The notes below the pieces were generated by a model. That model ran no database searches and was not told the DNA's origin. It saw only the letters and a program-made list of their open reading frames with translations. DNA of 64,000 bases, from positions 29,786 to 93,785 of the forward strand of contig JAZDHZ010000007.1 in assembly GCA_043805415.1 (NCBI GenBank), given 5' to 3'. Shown in pieces: positions 28,728 through 38,153 of this stretch (its first letter is position 1; each line of letters begins with the position of its first letter). Position numbers and translations under genes: made by a program. The stretch comes from Candidatus Omnitrophota bacterium. GTDB lineage: Bacteria > Omnitrophota > Gorgyraeia > B26-G9.

Positions 28728-30996
28728 TATCTTTTCCCTTACGAATAGCCGCGGGCATTGTCCCGGCAACCCCCCGGGGCTTTTTATCTCTTGGCTTTAT
28801 TTTTATAAATCTTCTTAGCGAGAGTTTCAAGACAAGAGCAATCGCCTCGCGAAATATCTCAAGAGAAATTTTCGATCTTCCTCTTTGCCGTTCACAAAAA
28901 ATTATCGGGATTTCCTTTATACTCGCCGCGATGTTTCTTATCGCACATAGCGATTCAATCTGAAACGCGTATCCTTTAGATCCGATATGCTCCCAGTCAA
29001 TTTTTCGCAGTAAGGACCGTCTATAGCATTTATATCCTGAGGTCACGTCGCTAAAACTTGTCCCCAACAAAAGGTTTACTCCCCATTTTGTTGTCTTGGA
29101 AATAAGATTTCTCCAAAGCCTTCGGTTCTTAATACTCACCCTGCGTAAAAATCTTGAGCCTAAAACCAGATCATAAAAACAGGCATAATAAAGAAATATC
29201 GGCAAATATTCAGGATCATGTGAAAAATCAGCATCCATTTCAAAAATATAATCAGCATCAATATTACTCAATATATACTTAAATCCATTAATATATGCTG
29301 TTCCCAATCCCTGCTTTTCGGCTCTATGTATAACTTTTATTCTTTCATCGGCTAAAGCCATCTCTGTTGCTAATTTCCCCGTACCATCAGGAGAATTATC
29401 ATCAATAATTAGAATAAACGCATTACTCAAAACATTATGTATCTTATTACAAATAAGCCGGATATTGTCTTTTTCATTATAGGTAGGCATCACTATTGCT
29501 ACTTTTTTTTCTTTGGCACTTTTGAGAAAATATTTACTTTGCGACAGCATTCCCGCCGCTTCAGCAGTGTCGGTGAAAATCAAAGCATAAAACTTAACTT
29601 TCTGGATAAAAAAGTTAATGCCTGCCCTTAAATAACGCCGCAACTCAGTGAAAGACTTTAACCGAAACAATAACTTTGCTATAGTCTTAAAACTAAAATA
29701 GAATTTGAAATAAAATTCCTGAGTTAAAGAAAGAATCTCCTGTTCGGTCAAACTACTCCAGGGAGTTGGTAGCCGCTGTTTTAGTTCATTGCCTAAAACA
29801 TGCTCTTGCCACAGATCAATCCCAATTGTCTTGTTTAATCTAAGATGCAATTCGGTTCCGGGTTTCGCGATAACCTGACAAACCTGAATAAAATCAAGAT
29901 CTAATATTTTCGCGAACTTTATCGTCTCTCTAACCGAATCAGGGGTATCCCCTTCGTTCCCGACCATAAAAAAGCCCATTGTTCTAATTCCATATTTTTT
30001 CGTAAGGAAAATTGCCTTTTTGACATCGCTGATAGAAATTCGCTTGTTTATGTTATTTAAAACGCTCTGGTTTATCGATTCAATCCCGTAGTAGATCTGG
30101 CGGCATCCGGCATTTCTTGCTGCCTCCAGAATTTCCGCGTCAACAAGATCTACTCGGCTGCGGCATGACCACTCAAGATCCAGATTCAGTTCTTGCAGTT
30201 TTCTCATTATTTCCAGACTTCTTGTTTTATCCATAAAAAATATCGCGTCAAAAAAATCAATTTCCCGAATATTGTATTCTCGATAACAAAACTCTATCTC
30301 ATTAACTACACTCTGAGCTGCGCGAATACGATAAACACTTGGAATCGCGCAAAAGACACAAGTAAATGGACACCCCGTACTTGTAAGCATTATTGTGAAA
30401 TTTTTTCTCTGTGAGATAAAAGAATAATACTTCTCATTAGCCAAAAGATGACGCGCTGGATACGGATAATCATTAAAATCGAAAATTTTCGCATCCGGCT
30501 TATTCACAATTACCTTATTATCTTTCTGCTTGTAAGCAATGCCGGCAATACCGGAAAGATCTTTATTTACTGAAAGAGCTTCCAGCAATTTTGGTAAAGA
30601 TTCTATCGCCTCACCGATAACCCCATAATCAATTTGAGCATGCGACATAGTTTCTTCCGGATAGAGTGTCAGGTTAGGCCCGCCGGCAAACACGGGTTTT
30701 TTGAGTTTGCTTTTCAAAAATCCGATCCACTCAAGCGCATCATGAAAATGATAAGTTTCCGCTCTAAAACCCAGGATATCCGGATTAAATTCTGTTAATA
30801 TCTCAAGTGCCTGCTCTTTCCCAACTGCAAGCGCACGCGCATCTAAAATTTTTACAATATGCCCATGCTTTTCAAGAATAGCGGCAACATAAGCCAATAT
30901 TATCGGCGGAGCAAAACAGAATTCTTCATCAACTACCTGAAGATTTTCTGAAAAAATTTTATGATTATATGGCGGATAAATCAGCGCAACACGCAT
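28717..30996 (-). CDS. B12-binding radical SAM domain fused to a polyprenol-phosphate glycosyltransferase (DPM1/Ppm1-like GT2)
   Basis: GCPFTCVFC and YYGIES; then VMPTYNEKDNI, IDDNSPDGTG, MDADFSHDP, DVTSGY, GYAFQIE and FCERQRGRSK in one ORF. Confidence 0.9.
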   Translation of the reverse strand: MRVALIYPPYNHKIFSENLQVVDEEFCFAPPIILAYVAAILEKHGHIVKILDARALAVGKEQALEILTEFNPDILGFRAETYHFHDALEWIGFLKSKLKKPVFAGGPNLTLYPEETMSHAQIDYGVIGEAIESLPKLLEALSVNKDLSGIAGIAYKQKDNKVIVNKPDAKIFDFNDYPYPARHLLANEKYYSFISQRKNFTIMLTSTGCPFTCVFCAIPSVYRIRAAQSVVNEIEFCYREYNIREIDFFDAIFFMDKTRSLEIMRKLQELNLDLEWSCRSRVDLVDAEILEAARNAGCRQIYYGIESINQSVLNNINKRISISDVKKAIFLTKKYGIRTMGFFMVGNEGDTPDSVRETIKFAKILDLDFIQVCQVIAKPGTELHLRLNKTIGIDLWQEHVLGNELKQRLPTPWSSLTEQEILSLTQEFYFKFYFSFKTIAKLLFRLKSFTELRRYLRAGINFFIQKVKFYALIFTDTAEAAGMLSQSKYFLKSAKEKKVAIVMPTYNEKDNIRLICNKIHNVLSNAFILIIDDNSPDGTGKLATEMALADERIKVIHRAEKQGLGTAYINGFKYILSNIDADYIFEMDADFSHDPEYLPIFLYYACFYDLVLGSRFLRRVSIKNRRLWRNLISKTTKWGVNLLLGTSFSDVTSGYKCYRRSLLRKIDWEHIGSKGYAFQIESLCAIRNIAASIKEIPIIFCERQRGRSKISLEIFREAIALVLKLSLRRFIKIKPRDKKPRGVAGTMPAAIRKGKDNEN

Positions 30997-31007
30997 TTTT
31001 AACTCTT

Positions 31008-32702
31008 TTACCTACTCTCTTTGTTTAAGTTTTCAAAATCAGCAACTATTTTTTTAGCATCTATGACTATGTACTTTTTATCTTTAAAAACTATTTTTGA
31101 ATCCGGAAACTCAAGCAGAGCAAAGCGTTGTTTTTTGTTATTATTAATAATTTTTCCAATAAACTCATTATAAGGCGCGAAATAAAAACTGTCTGACTCT
31201 AGGTATTCAGCAGTAAAATGCTCACGATCAACCACAATATAATCTAGTTTATAAGTCTTTGAAAGCTTATAAATCTCTTGTTTTGACGCAGCATAGTATG
31301 CGGTAAAAAAATCATATGTGCGCTTACTTATTTGCGCATAATATTTTTGCTGATACGGAATATCTGCTTCCTGCATTATAAGTCCTTTGCGCAAGGCAAA
31401 AACCGTAATATCATCCATAACCTCTGGGTGCGCCGCGATAAAAGTATCTTTGGGCGTCTTGCCCAAAAATTCATAAAGCTTAATACCTTTGTCCGCTTTA
31501 TTGCTGAAAGAATAAGCATTTTGCAAATAAGGCAGAAAAGCAAATAAAACAAAAAGGCTTAAAGAAAAATGTATTATTGCCCTTTTTCCTGGGTTTTTCG
31601 TTAAATTACTGATCAGCCTTTGGATATTTAGACTAACAAAAATAATCAGCACAAACAAGAACGTATACCGCATATATCGCTCCGGCTCAAACAATTTCAG
31701 CATAAATATACGCGCGAGACAAAATAAAAATAAACCGCATAACAGCAATATCCATAACTCAGAACGGATCTTAAACGCCTTTTTCCCCATTAGAATCACC
31801 AGCAAACACGCGGCAAAAAATAATCCTGTCTTTGCTCTATCCAGACCCAGCCCGCTTCTATAATTTGTAATGCTTTGAAAAAAACTATCATAAAAGACAG
31901 GCAGCCTTCCCTTACTGCTGAACTCAGCCATTTGTTTCATCTCGCTAAGATTAAATACCGGTCCAAGTTCATCCGGAGGATTAAAATACTTTGGAGCTAT
32001 TAAACAAACAGCCACCAGGATAACTCCTGAAAAAACGATCCATATTTTTCTGTTTTTAATAAAACTGAGTGATTTTTTCGAAAACCTAGTCGCTGAAAGC
32101 GGATAGGTTAAAGCCGAAATAATAAACAGCGGCGGATATATGAACACTTGCGCTATCATTACTATTCCAGTTTTAAGATAATCCTTTTTTAAGAAATAAA
32201 AAATAAACATTAGCAATAAAACCGGATGGAATGCTCCCGCTCCGCCTTCTCCAAACCAGACATCTGAGAAAGCGAATGAACGCTCTGTATACCACGCGCT
32301 AAGAGTAACCAAAAAAGATACCCACAGCCCTGTTGTATTATTTTTAAGATAACAACCAATATGATAAGCAAATAGAGCAGAGATAGCTCCCAGAAAAAAA
32401 GGCAGAATTTTAACTACCGCAAGCGGGTTAAAAAATCGCCCGGATACATAATAAAAAGCCTTAAGGCCAATAGGTATTTTCCAATTTTCATAAACTAAAT
32501 GCAGATCACCTCTAAAAAGCTCACTATCTGCCAAATGCGCCATCCAGATAATGCTTTCTCTTGTATCTTCATGAACAGCGTATTTATTAAACAATAAATA
32601 AGACTGCGCATTAAAACATATCAATACCGCAAATACAACTACCGCAATTCGCATGATACATTTCTTATGGCTTTTTATTACTCCGACACCGGCATCTTGC
32701 AT
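31008..32702 (-). CDS. Polytopic membrane protein, probable GT-C transferase
   Basis: Many TMs, acidic HED motif after TM1, PERY motif, C-terminal soluble domain (LDYIVVD). Confidence 0.65.
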   Translation of the reverse strand: MQDAGVGVIKSHKKCIMRIAVVVFAVLICFNAQSYLLFNKYAVHEDTRESIIWMAHLADSELFRGDLHLVYENWKIPIGLKAFYYVSGRFFNPLAVVKILPFFLGAISALFAYHIGCYLKNNTTGLWVSFLVTLSAWYTERSFAFSDVWFGEGGAGAFHPVLLLMFIFYFLKKDYLKTGIVMIAQVFIYPPLFIISALTYPLSATRFSKKSLSFIKNRKIWIVFSGVILVAVCLIAPKYFNPPDELGPVFNLSEMKQMAEFSSKGRLPVFYDSFFQSITNYRSGLGLDRAKTGLFFAACLLVILMGKKAFKIRSELWILLLCGLFLFCLARIFMLKLFEPERYMRYTFLFVLIIFVSLNIQRLISNLTKNPGKRAIIHFSLSLFVLFAFLPYLQNAYSFSNKADKGIKLYEFLGKTPKDTFIAAHPEVMDDITVFALRKGLIMQEADIPYQQKYYAQISKRTYDFFTAYYAASKQEIYKLSKTYKLDYIVVDREHFTAEYLESDSFYFAPYNEFIGKIINNNKKQRFALLEFPDSKIVFKDKKYIVIDAKKIVADFENLNKESR

Positions 32703-32864
32703 TCTTCCTCTACTTTTGAATCATTTAAACATATTTAAAATCCTTAAAAGACACCGAAAGCTTCGTCCGTTTTGTTAATTAAGGCATCTATGATATGATA
32801 ATATAATATGAAATAGCTGATAATTTTTCTTAGAGTCAGTATCCAACATAGACAGGCAAAAACC

Positions 32865-33887
32865 ATGAATAGTTTTTCACTCTTATTATACAAATACAAA
32901 TCGCTTTTTCAAGCACTATTTTGCAAGAACAGGTGTTATAATCTGGTATTTTCGCTGCTTTCCTGTTTGCGGAAAGATCCCAAAACAAAGCATCTCCCTT
33001 TTATTTTCCAGATAGAACCGACAAATCAATGTAATTTATGCTGTGTTCTTTGTCCTACCGGAGAAAAAACCTTAAAACGCCCTAAAACTAATTTATCCTT
33101 AGATATCTACAAACAAGCTGTCGATCAGCTGGAGAATCACGTAATCTATTTATCTTTATATAATATGGGCGAACCGCTTTTAAATAAAGACATTTTTCCA
33201 ATGATCCGCTATGCGCGCGACAAAAATATATTCGTCAGACTCAACAGCAATGGAACGCTTATTAATAAATCAGTTGCCGAACAAATCATTGACAGTGATT
33301 TAAATGAGATCCTTATCTCTCTAGATTCCGCAACCGCAGAAAAATATTTAACATACAAAAAAAGTGATGGTTTTGCTAAAGTGCTGCATAATCTCAAGCT
33401 GCTTATTGAAAAACGCGCTAACAAAAAACACCCTTTTATCGCTATTCAACTCCTCCTGCAAAAAAATTCAGAATATGATATCCTTAAATTCAAGCAGATC
33501 GCCAAGAGCTTAAAAGTAGATAAAGTGCTGTTAAAAAAAATAAGGGTAAACTCCCCTGGTTCTGCTATTAAAGCGGATTTTTTACCTCAAAACAAAAAGC
33601 TGATAAGAAATTATTACAAATCCAAGCAAAACAAAAAATCATGTCTGCGGCCATGGCAATCAGCGGTAATACTTAGTAACGGCGATGTCGTTGCCTGCTG
33701 TTTCGACATGGAGGCTAAGCATGTTTTTGGTAACATATCCCAGAACAGTTTTCAAACAATATGGAGCAATAAAAAATACATTGAATTCAGAGAGAAAATT
33801 AAAACCGATCTCAATCAACTTTCACTGTGCAAAGCATGCAGTCTTGAAGATATTTCCTTTTATTTAGGCCTTTTACTAAACAAGTAA
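32865..33887 (+). CDS. Radical SAM/SPASM protein, oriented opposite to the locus
   Basis: IEPTNQCNLCCVLC, MGEPLLN and ISLD; CLRPW...VACCFD...CKAC. Confidence 0.9.
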   Translation: MNSFSLLLYKYKSLFQALFCKNRCYNLVFSLLSCLRKDPKTKHLPFIFQIEPTNQCNLCCVLCPTGEKTLKRPKTNLSLDIYKQAVDQLENHVIYLSLYNMGEPLLNKDIFPMIRYARDKNIFVRLNSNGTLINKSVAEQIIDSDLNEILISLDSATAEKYLTYKKSDGFAKVLHNLKLLIEKRANKKHPFIAIQLLLQKNSEYDILKFKQIAKSLKVDKVLLKKIRVNSPGSAIKADFLPQNKKLIRNYYKSKQNKKSCLRPWQSAVILSNGDVVACCFDMEAKHVFGNISQNSFQTIWSNKKYIEFREKIKTDLNQLSLCKACSLEDISFYLGLLLNK

Positions 33888-34004
33888 TAACCTGTTTATA
33901 GCTATAGCTGCACTTTGGATTTAGCGATTAATCCGAATTATTTAGCTTCAACTTAACCATCCGCTTATTATTATTGATATTTTCCTCGTGTTTTTTAAAC
34001 CTTT

Positions 34005-35567
34005 TCAGAGGCTATCCGGTTTATAGTAAAGTACCTCCACTCCATCCCATACAAATCTACTTTCTTTCTCTAATTTATAATTTTTTTGTAAACCCAACTT
34101 AAGCTTGCGCATATTTTCTCTGCCATACCAATCAGGAGACACAACTATCCAAAAGGCATGCCGCCGAACAAGGGGATTAAAAACCTCATCACAATTAGCT
34201 GGTATATTTCCTAATTCAAAGCCTGTAATTAAATTATCCTTATCGTAAAACTCTTTAACCCATTTATCATTAATCTTTCTAGTTTTCCCAAAAAAGGAAT
34301 CCCCGATATCTTTCAGCTGCCTTGGTTCATTATATTTATAGTAATACCAGAAAGGTGTGATCTGCGCCATCGGAAAAAATACTATAGAATCTCCTTTTTG
34401 CATATTCTTCTTAACTAAAAAAGCAATCTCTCTCCAAGAGTCCTGGTTAGGCGCATAATAATAATAAACTAAATTTATTGAATAACTTAAAACAAAAAAA
34501 CCGATAAGCAACCTGCTTATGTCCTTTCTTAATGACAAAAACATCCGTCCAACTAGCAAACAAAATGCAGGGAGAAGAATAATAGCGATTTTACTCCACC
34601 GGCTAAAAGCCACAAACAAATTTACTATCCCAAAAATCCCAAACGGAATAAAAAACCATAAAATAGTAAAACCATCATTAAATTTTATCTTTTGTTCACT
34701 TTTCCTTTTGCAAAGCAAAAATCGCAAAAAAACCAAATAGGTTAAGCCCAATATCATGTAGAAACCGCATTTTGTAATCCATGGTCTATTGGTATCTAAA
34801 TATCCTCCCACCCCTGCTTGCGATAATACTCTTCCGTAACTAAAATCTTCTATTAGCATTTTAAAAATATTTTCATTAACAATCGGGCAATACTTATCAT
34901 TCTCTATTTCAATATTATAATGGTTAAGCACCGGGATAAGCAGGATTGATGCTAACAGGATTATAACTGCCTGCATAGACATCCAGCGTTTTAAATCAAT
35001 TTTAAACAAAAACAAAAAACAATTTGTTAACAGAAAAACCATACCGCCAATAAAAGGATTTGTATACACCAGCATAAGCAGACTTACCGGATAGGCTATC
35101 CAATAAAATAACTTCGGTTTACGCCTTAGCTGCAATAAGCAAAATGCTGTGCTGATAAACAGCAACATTGCTAAGGAATACCACCTTGCTTGTTGACTAC
35201 GAATCACATGGTAAGCTGATAAAGCGAGCAATAAAGCGCAAAATAATCCTATTTTTTTATTAAATAATAGCTTGCCTAAGCGGTATAGCATAATTATCGA
35301 TAGGGTCCCAAAAACCACAGACAGCATTCTAAGATTAAACTCCGTATACCCAAACAAAGATGCCCAGCACTTAACTATCATAAAATATAATGGTCTGATC
35401 GAATAATGATGGAAAAAAATAGTTCCCCAGTCTTTTTGCGCGAAAGCCACGGTAAATGCCTCATCAAGCCAAAGACTCTTGGCATCAAGCTTGAATACGC
35501 GCAATAAAAGCCCAAGCATAGTAATAATTAAAAGTGGAACATTAATTTTTCTAAATTTATGAATCAT
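34005..35567 (-). CDS. ArnT/PMT_2-like GT-C glycosyltransferase
   Basis: LRVFKLDAKSLWLDEAFT, PLYF, LRMLS and SQQARWYSL motifs; multi-TM. Confidence 0.88.
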   Translation of the reverse strand: MIHKFRKINVPLLIITMLGLLLRVFKLDAKSLWLDEAFTVAFAQKDWGTIFFHHYSIRPLYFMIVKCWASLFGYTEFNLRMLSVVFGTLSIIMLYRLGKLLFNKKIGLFCALLLALSAYHVIRSQQARWYSLAMLLFISTAFCLLQLRRKPKLFYWIAYPVSLLMLVYTNPFIGGMVFLLTNCFLFLFKIDLKRWMSMQAVIILLASILLIPVLNHYNIEIENDKYCPIVNENIFKMLIEDFSYGRVLSQAGVGGYLDTNRPWITKCGFYMILGLTYLVFLRFLLCKRKSEQKIKFNDGFTILWFFIPFGIFGIVNLFVAFSRWSKIAIILLPAFCLLVGRMFLSLRKDISRLLIGFFVLSYSINLVYYYYAPNQDSWREIAFLVKKNMQKGDSIVFFPMAQITPFWYYYKYNEPRQLKDIGDSFFGKTRKINDKWVKEFYDKDNLITGFELGNIPANCDEVFNPLVRRHAFWIVVSPDWYGRENMRKLKLGLQKNYKLEKESRFVWDGVEVLYYKPDSL

Positions 35568-36124
35568 TTTAAAATAATCTCGTTTTGCTGAAGCATTTTC
35601 CGCGTATCTACTTCAATTAAAATAAACTTATCAATAAAAATTTTCCCTTCCATTTTCATTGTTTTCTGTTCCCAACAGGAATTCTTTGAATCCGCCCAAA
35701 ATCTTATTTTTGCTTTACCTTTGCGCAATTTCCAAAAAGGTTCCGCGCTAGGACTGCGGTATTCCCAGCGGCCCTGGCCATGCGGCAAATACCAGCGCTG
35801 CTCGGAAAATACATAATTATAATAATGCTTGCCTTGCGCGTCAGTAAGCTTAATATATATAAATGGACAATATTTACGCCATTGGTGATAGAGGCTTATA
35901 TAGAGCTGATAATATCCATCCTCAGGGATATCAATATTTAAAGTCTGAACAGCATTACTCTTGTCTGTGGCAATTGCCTGCCGGTCATCAAGCAAAACTT
36001 TCTCCCAATCACCGGTTGAATTTTTAATTAAAAAAGTAAGCGGCTGCTCAGCGGCATAAACCAAATCCGCTGCCGCGAATATAAACAAAACAATAAATCC
36101 GAATTTAATTATCCGCTTAAACAT
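35564..36124 (-). CDS. Exported hypothetical protein
   Basis: Likely start MFKRII at 36124 with a signal peptide (VYA-A); beta-rich, ends FIDKFILI; coupled to both neighbours. Confidence 0.7.
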   Translation of the reverse strand: MFKRIIKFGFIVLFIFAAADLVYAAEQPLTFLIKNSTGDWEKVLLDDRQAIATDKSNAVQTLNIDIPEDGYYQLYISLYHQWRKYCPFIYIKLTDAQGKHYYNYVFSEQRWYLPHGQGRWEYRSPSAEPFWKLRKGKAKIRFWADSKNSCWEQKTMKMEGKIFIDKFILIEVDTRKMLQQNEIILK

Positions 36125-37226
36125 AATTAGGCAATTCCGGATATGTATTATTAGCCGGCATCTCCCAGTCCATGGACACATCCGCTATCCTATCTCCTTT
36201 AATCTCAATCATTGATTCTTTTATCTGGCCTAATCCCTGCTGATAAGCTAAACGCAGATGTTTAACATACCAGGGAACGCCAAGATCTTTATTCTTAGGC
36301 CGCGGCTGCCAATTCCTTGTGATAATCCGCGTAGCCGTGGCGTCAGTAGCCACAGGGTCAAAGCCGGCAATCACCAAAGCCCCTCCCAGAATCGCGCTGA
36401 TATCAACTGTTTTACCGCCTAAAAATTTAACCACGCCTTCGCCTTGCATTCCATAAGCGCCGCTGATTACTGTCAGGCGGGGTTTTATCCCTTTATTTAT
36501 ATCCACGATAACTTGATGGATTCCGGCTTGATGCAATTTAGCTCTTGGCTCGCCATAAATCACGGAAGGCATTATTCCCATGAAGTTTTTCATGCCAAGA
36601 GTAACTGAAATCGGCCAATGATGCGTTTTAAGCACCGCGATTGAAATAACGGTATCCGCTTTTTTAACAATGTCCGGGATCGCTAACCAATCGAGCTTGC
36701 TACACGATGGAACATAAATAAATGATTTTGTATGTTCCCGCAGATTGATCAGCGACACTTTATTCCCGTATTTTTTATTTATTTCCTCAATTAATTTTTT
36801 TACTTGCGCGCCTTCAATATTTTTTTTCCCTTGCCATAAAATATTAAGCGGCCGTTCAATCCATTCCCCGATAATAACATGCTTAGCTCCGGCTTTAACA
36901 CATTCGCGAGCGACTGCCGCGACAACCTCCGGATGCGGTATTTCACCTGCGGTAACCGGATCATGCCCCATCAAGCCGCCGGTAATATAATTTGGCTTGA
37001 TAAAAACAATCTGCCTTGGTTTAACAACTTTTCCCACACCGCCGATTATCGCCAAAGCCTGTTCCGTAGTTTTTCTAATATCATTACCTTTAATTACCCC
37101 AACAATGCTCGGAGAAATTATCGTCTCTTTCCCATAAATATATTCAGGCAATAGCGCTTGGGCGGCTAATCCCGCGCCAAAGCCCAGGCTTGTCTTAACA
37201 AATTCTCTTCTGGTGAATTTCTTCAT
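36117..37226 (-). CDS. DUF362-domain protein with twin-arginine (Tat) signal
   Basis: TRREFVK leader; VFIKPN, LKTH, VTLGMKNFMG and DPVATD motifs. Confidence 0.85.
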   Translation of the reverse strand: MKKFTRREFVKTSLGFGAGLAAQALLPEYIYGKETIISPSIVGVIKGNDIRKTTEQALAIIGGVGKVVKPRQIVFIKPNYITGGLMGHDPVTAGEIPHPEVVAAVARECVKAGAKHVIIGEWIERPLNILWQGKKNIEGAQVKKLIEEINKKYGNKVSLINLREHTKSFIYVPSCSKLDWLAIPDIVKKADTVISIAVLKTHHWPISVTLGMKNFMGIMPSVIYGEPRAKLHQAGIHQVIVDINKGIKPRLTVISGAYGMQGEGVVKFLGGKTVDISAILGGALVIAGFDPVATDATATRIITRNWQPRPKNKDLGVPWYVKHLRLAYQQGLGQIKESMIEIKGDRIADVSMDWEMPANNTYPELPNYV

Positions 37227-38149
37227 AAAAATAATGCTCGGTTATAGCGTTTTTTTCTAAGCGCCGGGAAATAATCATATATTTGCCGCAAAGCTTTAGA
37301 AGTATTCTTATTAAATAAAAGCATAAAAATGAATCGGGGTAATTCGTAAATAAAAAAACCGAATACAAACAGCAGCAAATGCTTCCAGCTCCCGTTTTTA
37401 ATCAGGAGAAAATATCTATTGCGAAAAGAAAGATACTGTTTAAACGGATCGCTATGCTCAGAACTTTCGCGGTAATGATAGGCAATAGCCGTAGGCACAT
37501 ACATAGCACTCCATCCGCGAATCCGCGCCCTCCAGGCCAAGTCAAAATCCTCGACTAAAAAAAAGAATTTTTCATCAAAAAATTCATCTTTATCCCGGAC
37601 AGCATCCAGTAATTCTTTTTTATAAACAGCCGCCGCGGCGCATGGACCGAAGATCTCAATTTGCTTATCAAATTTCTTACTATCAGCTTTAGCTTCTCCA
37701 ATATTGTAAAGCCGCATTAGCGCCGAGAACCGCAAGCCCAGGCTATCGATTGTTTTCCTATCCAGCCTAAGTAATCTGCCCTGCACCATGCCGACATGTT
37801 TGTGCTTATCAAGACAATCTTTTAAATCTCTAATGTATCCTTTTTCCAATATCACATCACTATTTAATGTAAAAATATAAGCCCCTTCAGCTTTAAGGAT
37901 CGCTTGATTATTAGCAGCGCAAAAACCGCTATTTATTTTATTTTTAATCAGCTTTATCCGATCCGAGTAATCTTCTAATATAGTAAGCGTCTTATCGGTT
38001 GAGCCATTATCCACGACAATAATCTCCATATCCTCAATTTGCTGTAAAAATACTGACTCAAGACAATCCTGTATAAATTTTTCAGCGTTCCATGTTACGA
38101 TAACTACGCTTACCTGAACCATCGTTTTCCTTAATCCCCTATTATTCAA
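37223..38149 (-). CDS. Glycosyltransferase family 2
   Basis: VVIVTWN, VDNGSTD, LNSD and EDFDLAWR motifs. Confidence 0.92.
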   Translation of the reverse strand: MNNRGLRKTMVQVSVVIVTWNAEKFIQDCLESVFLQQIEDMEIIVVDNGSTDKTLTILEDYSDRIKLIKNKINSGFCAANNQAILKAEGAYIFTLNSDVILEKGYIRDLKDCLDKHKHVGMVQGRLLRLDRKTIDSLGLRFSALMRLYNIGEAKADSKKFDKQIEIFGPCAAAAVYKKELLDAVRDKDEFFDEKFFFLVEDFDLAWRARIRGWSAMYVPTAIAYHYRESSEHSDPFKQYLSFRNRYFLLIKNGSWKHLLLFVFGFFIYELPRFIFMLLFNKNTSKALRQIYDYFPALRKKRYNRALFL

Positions 38150-38153
38150 ATTA

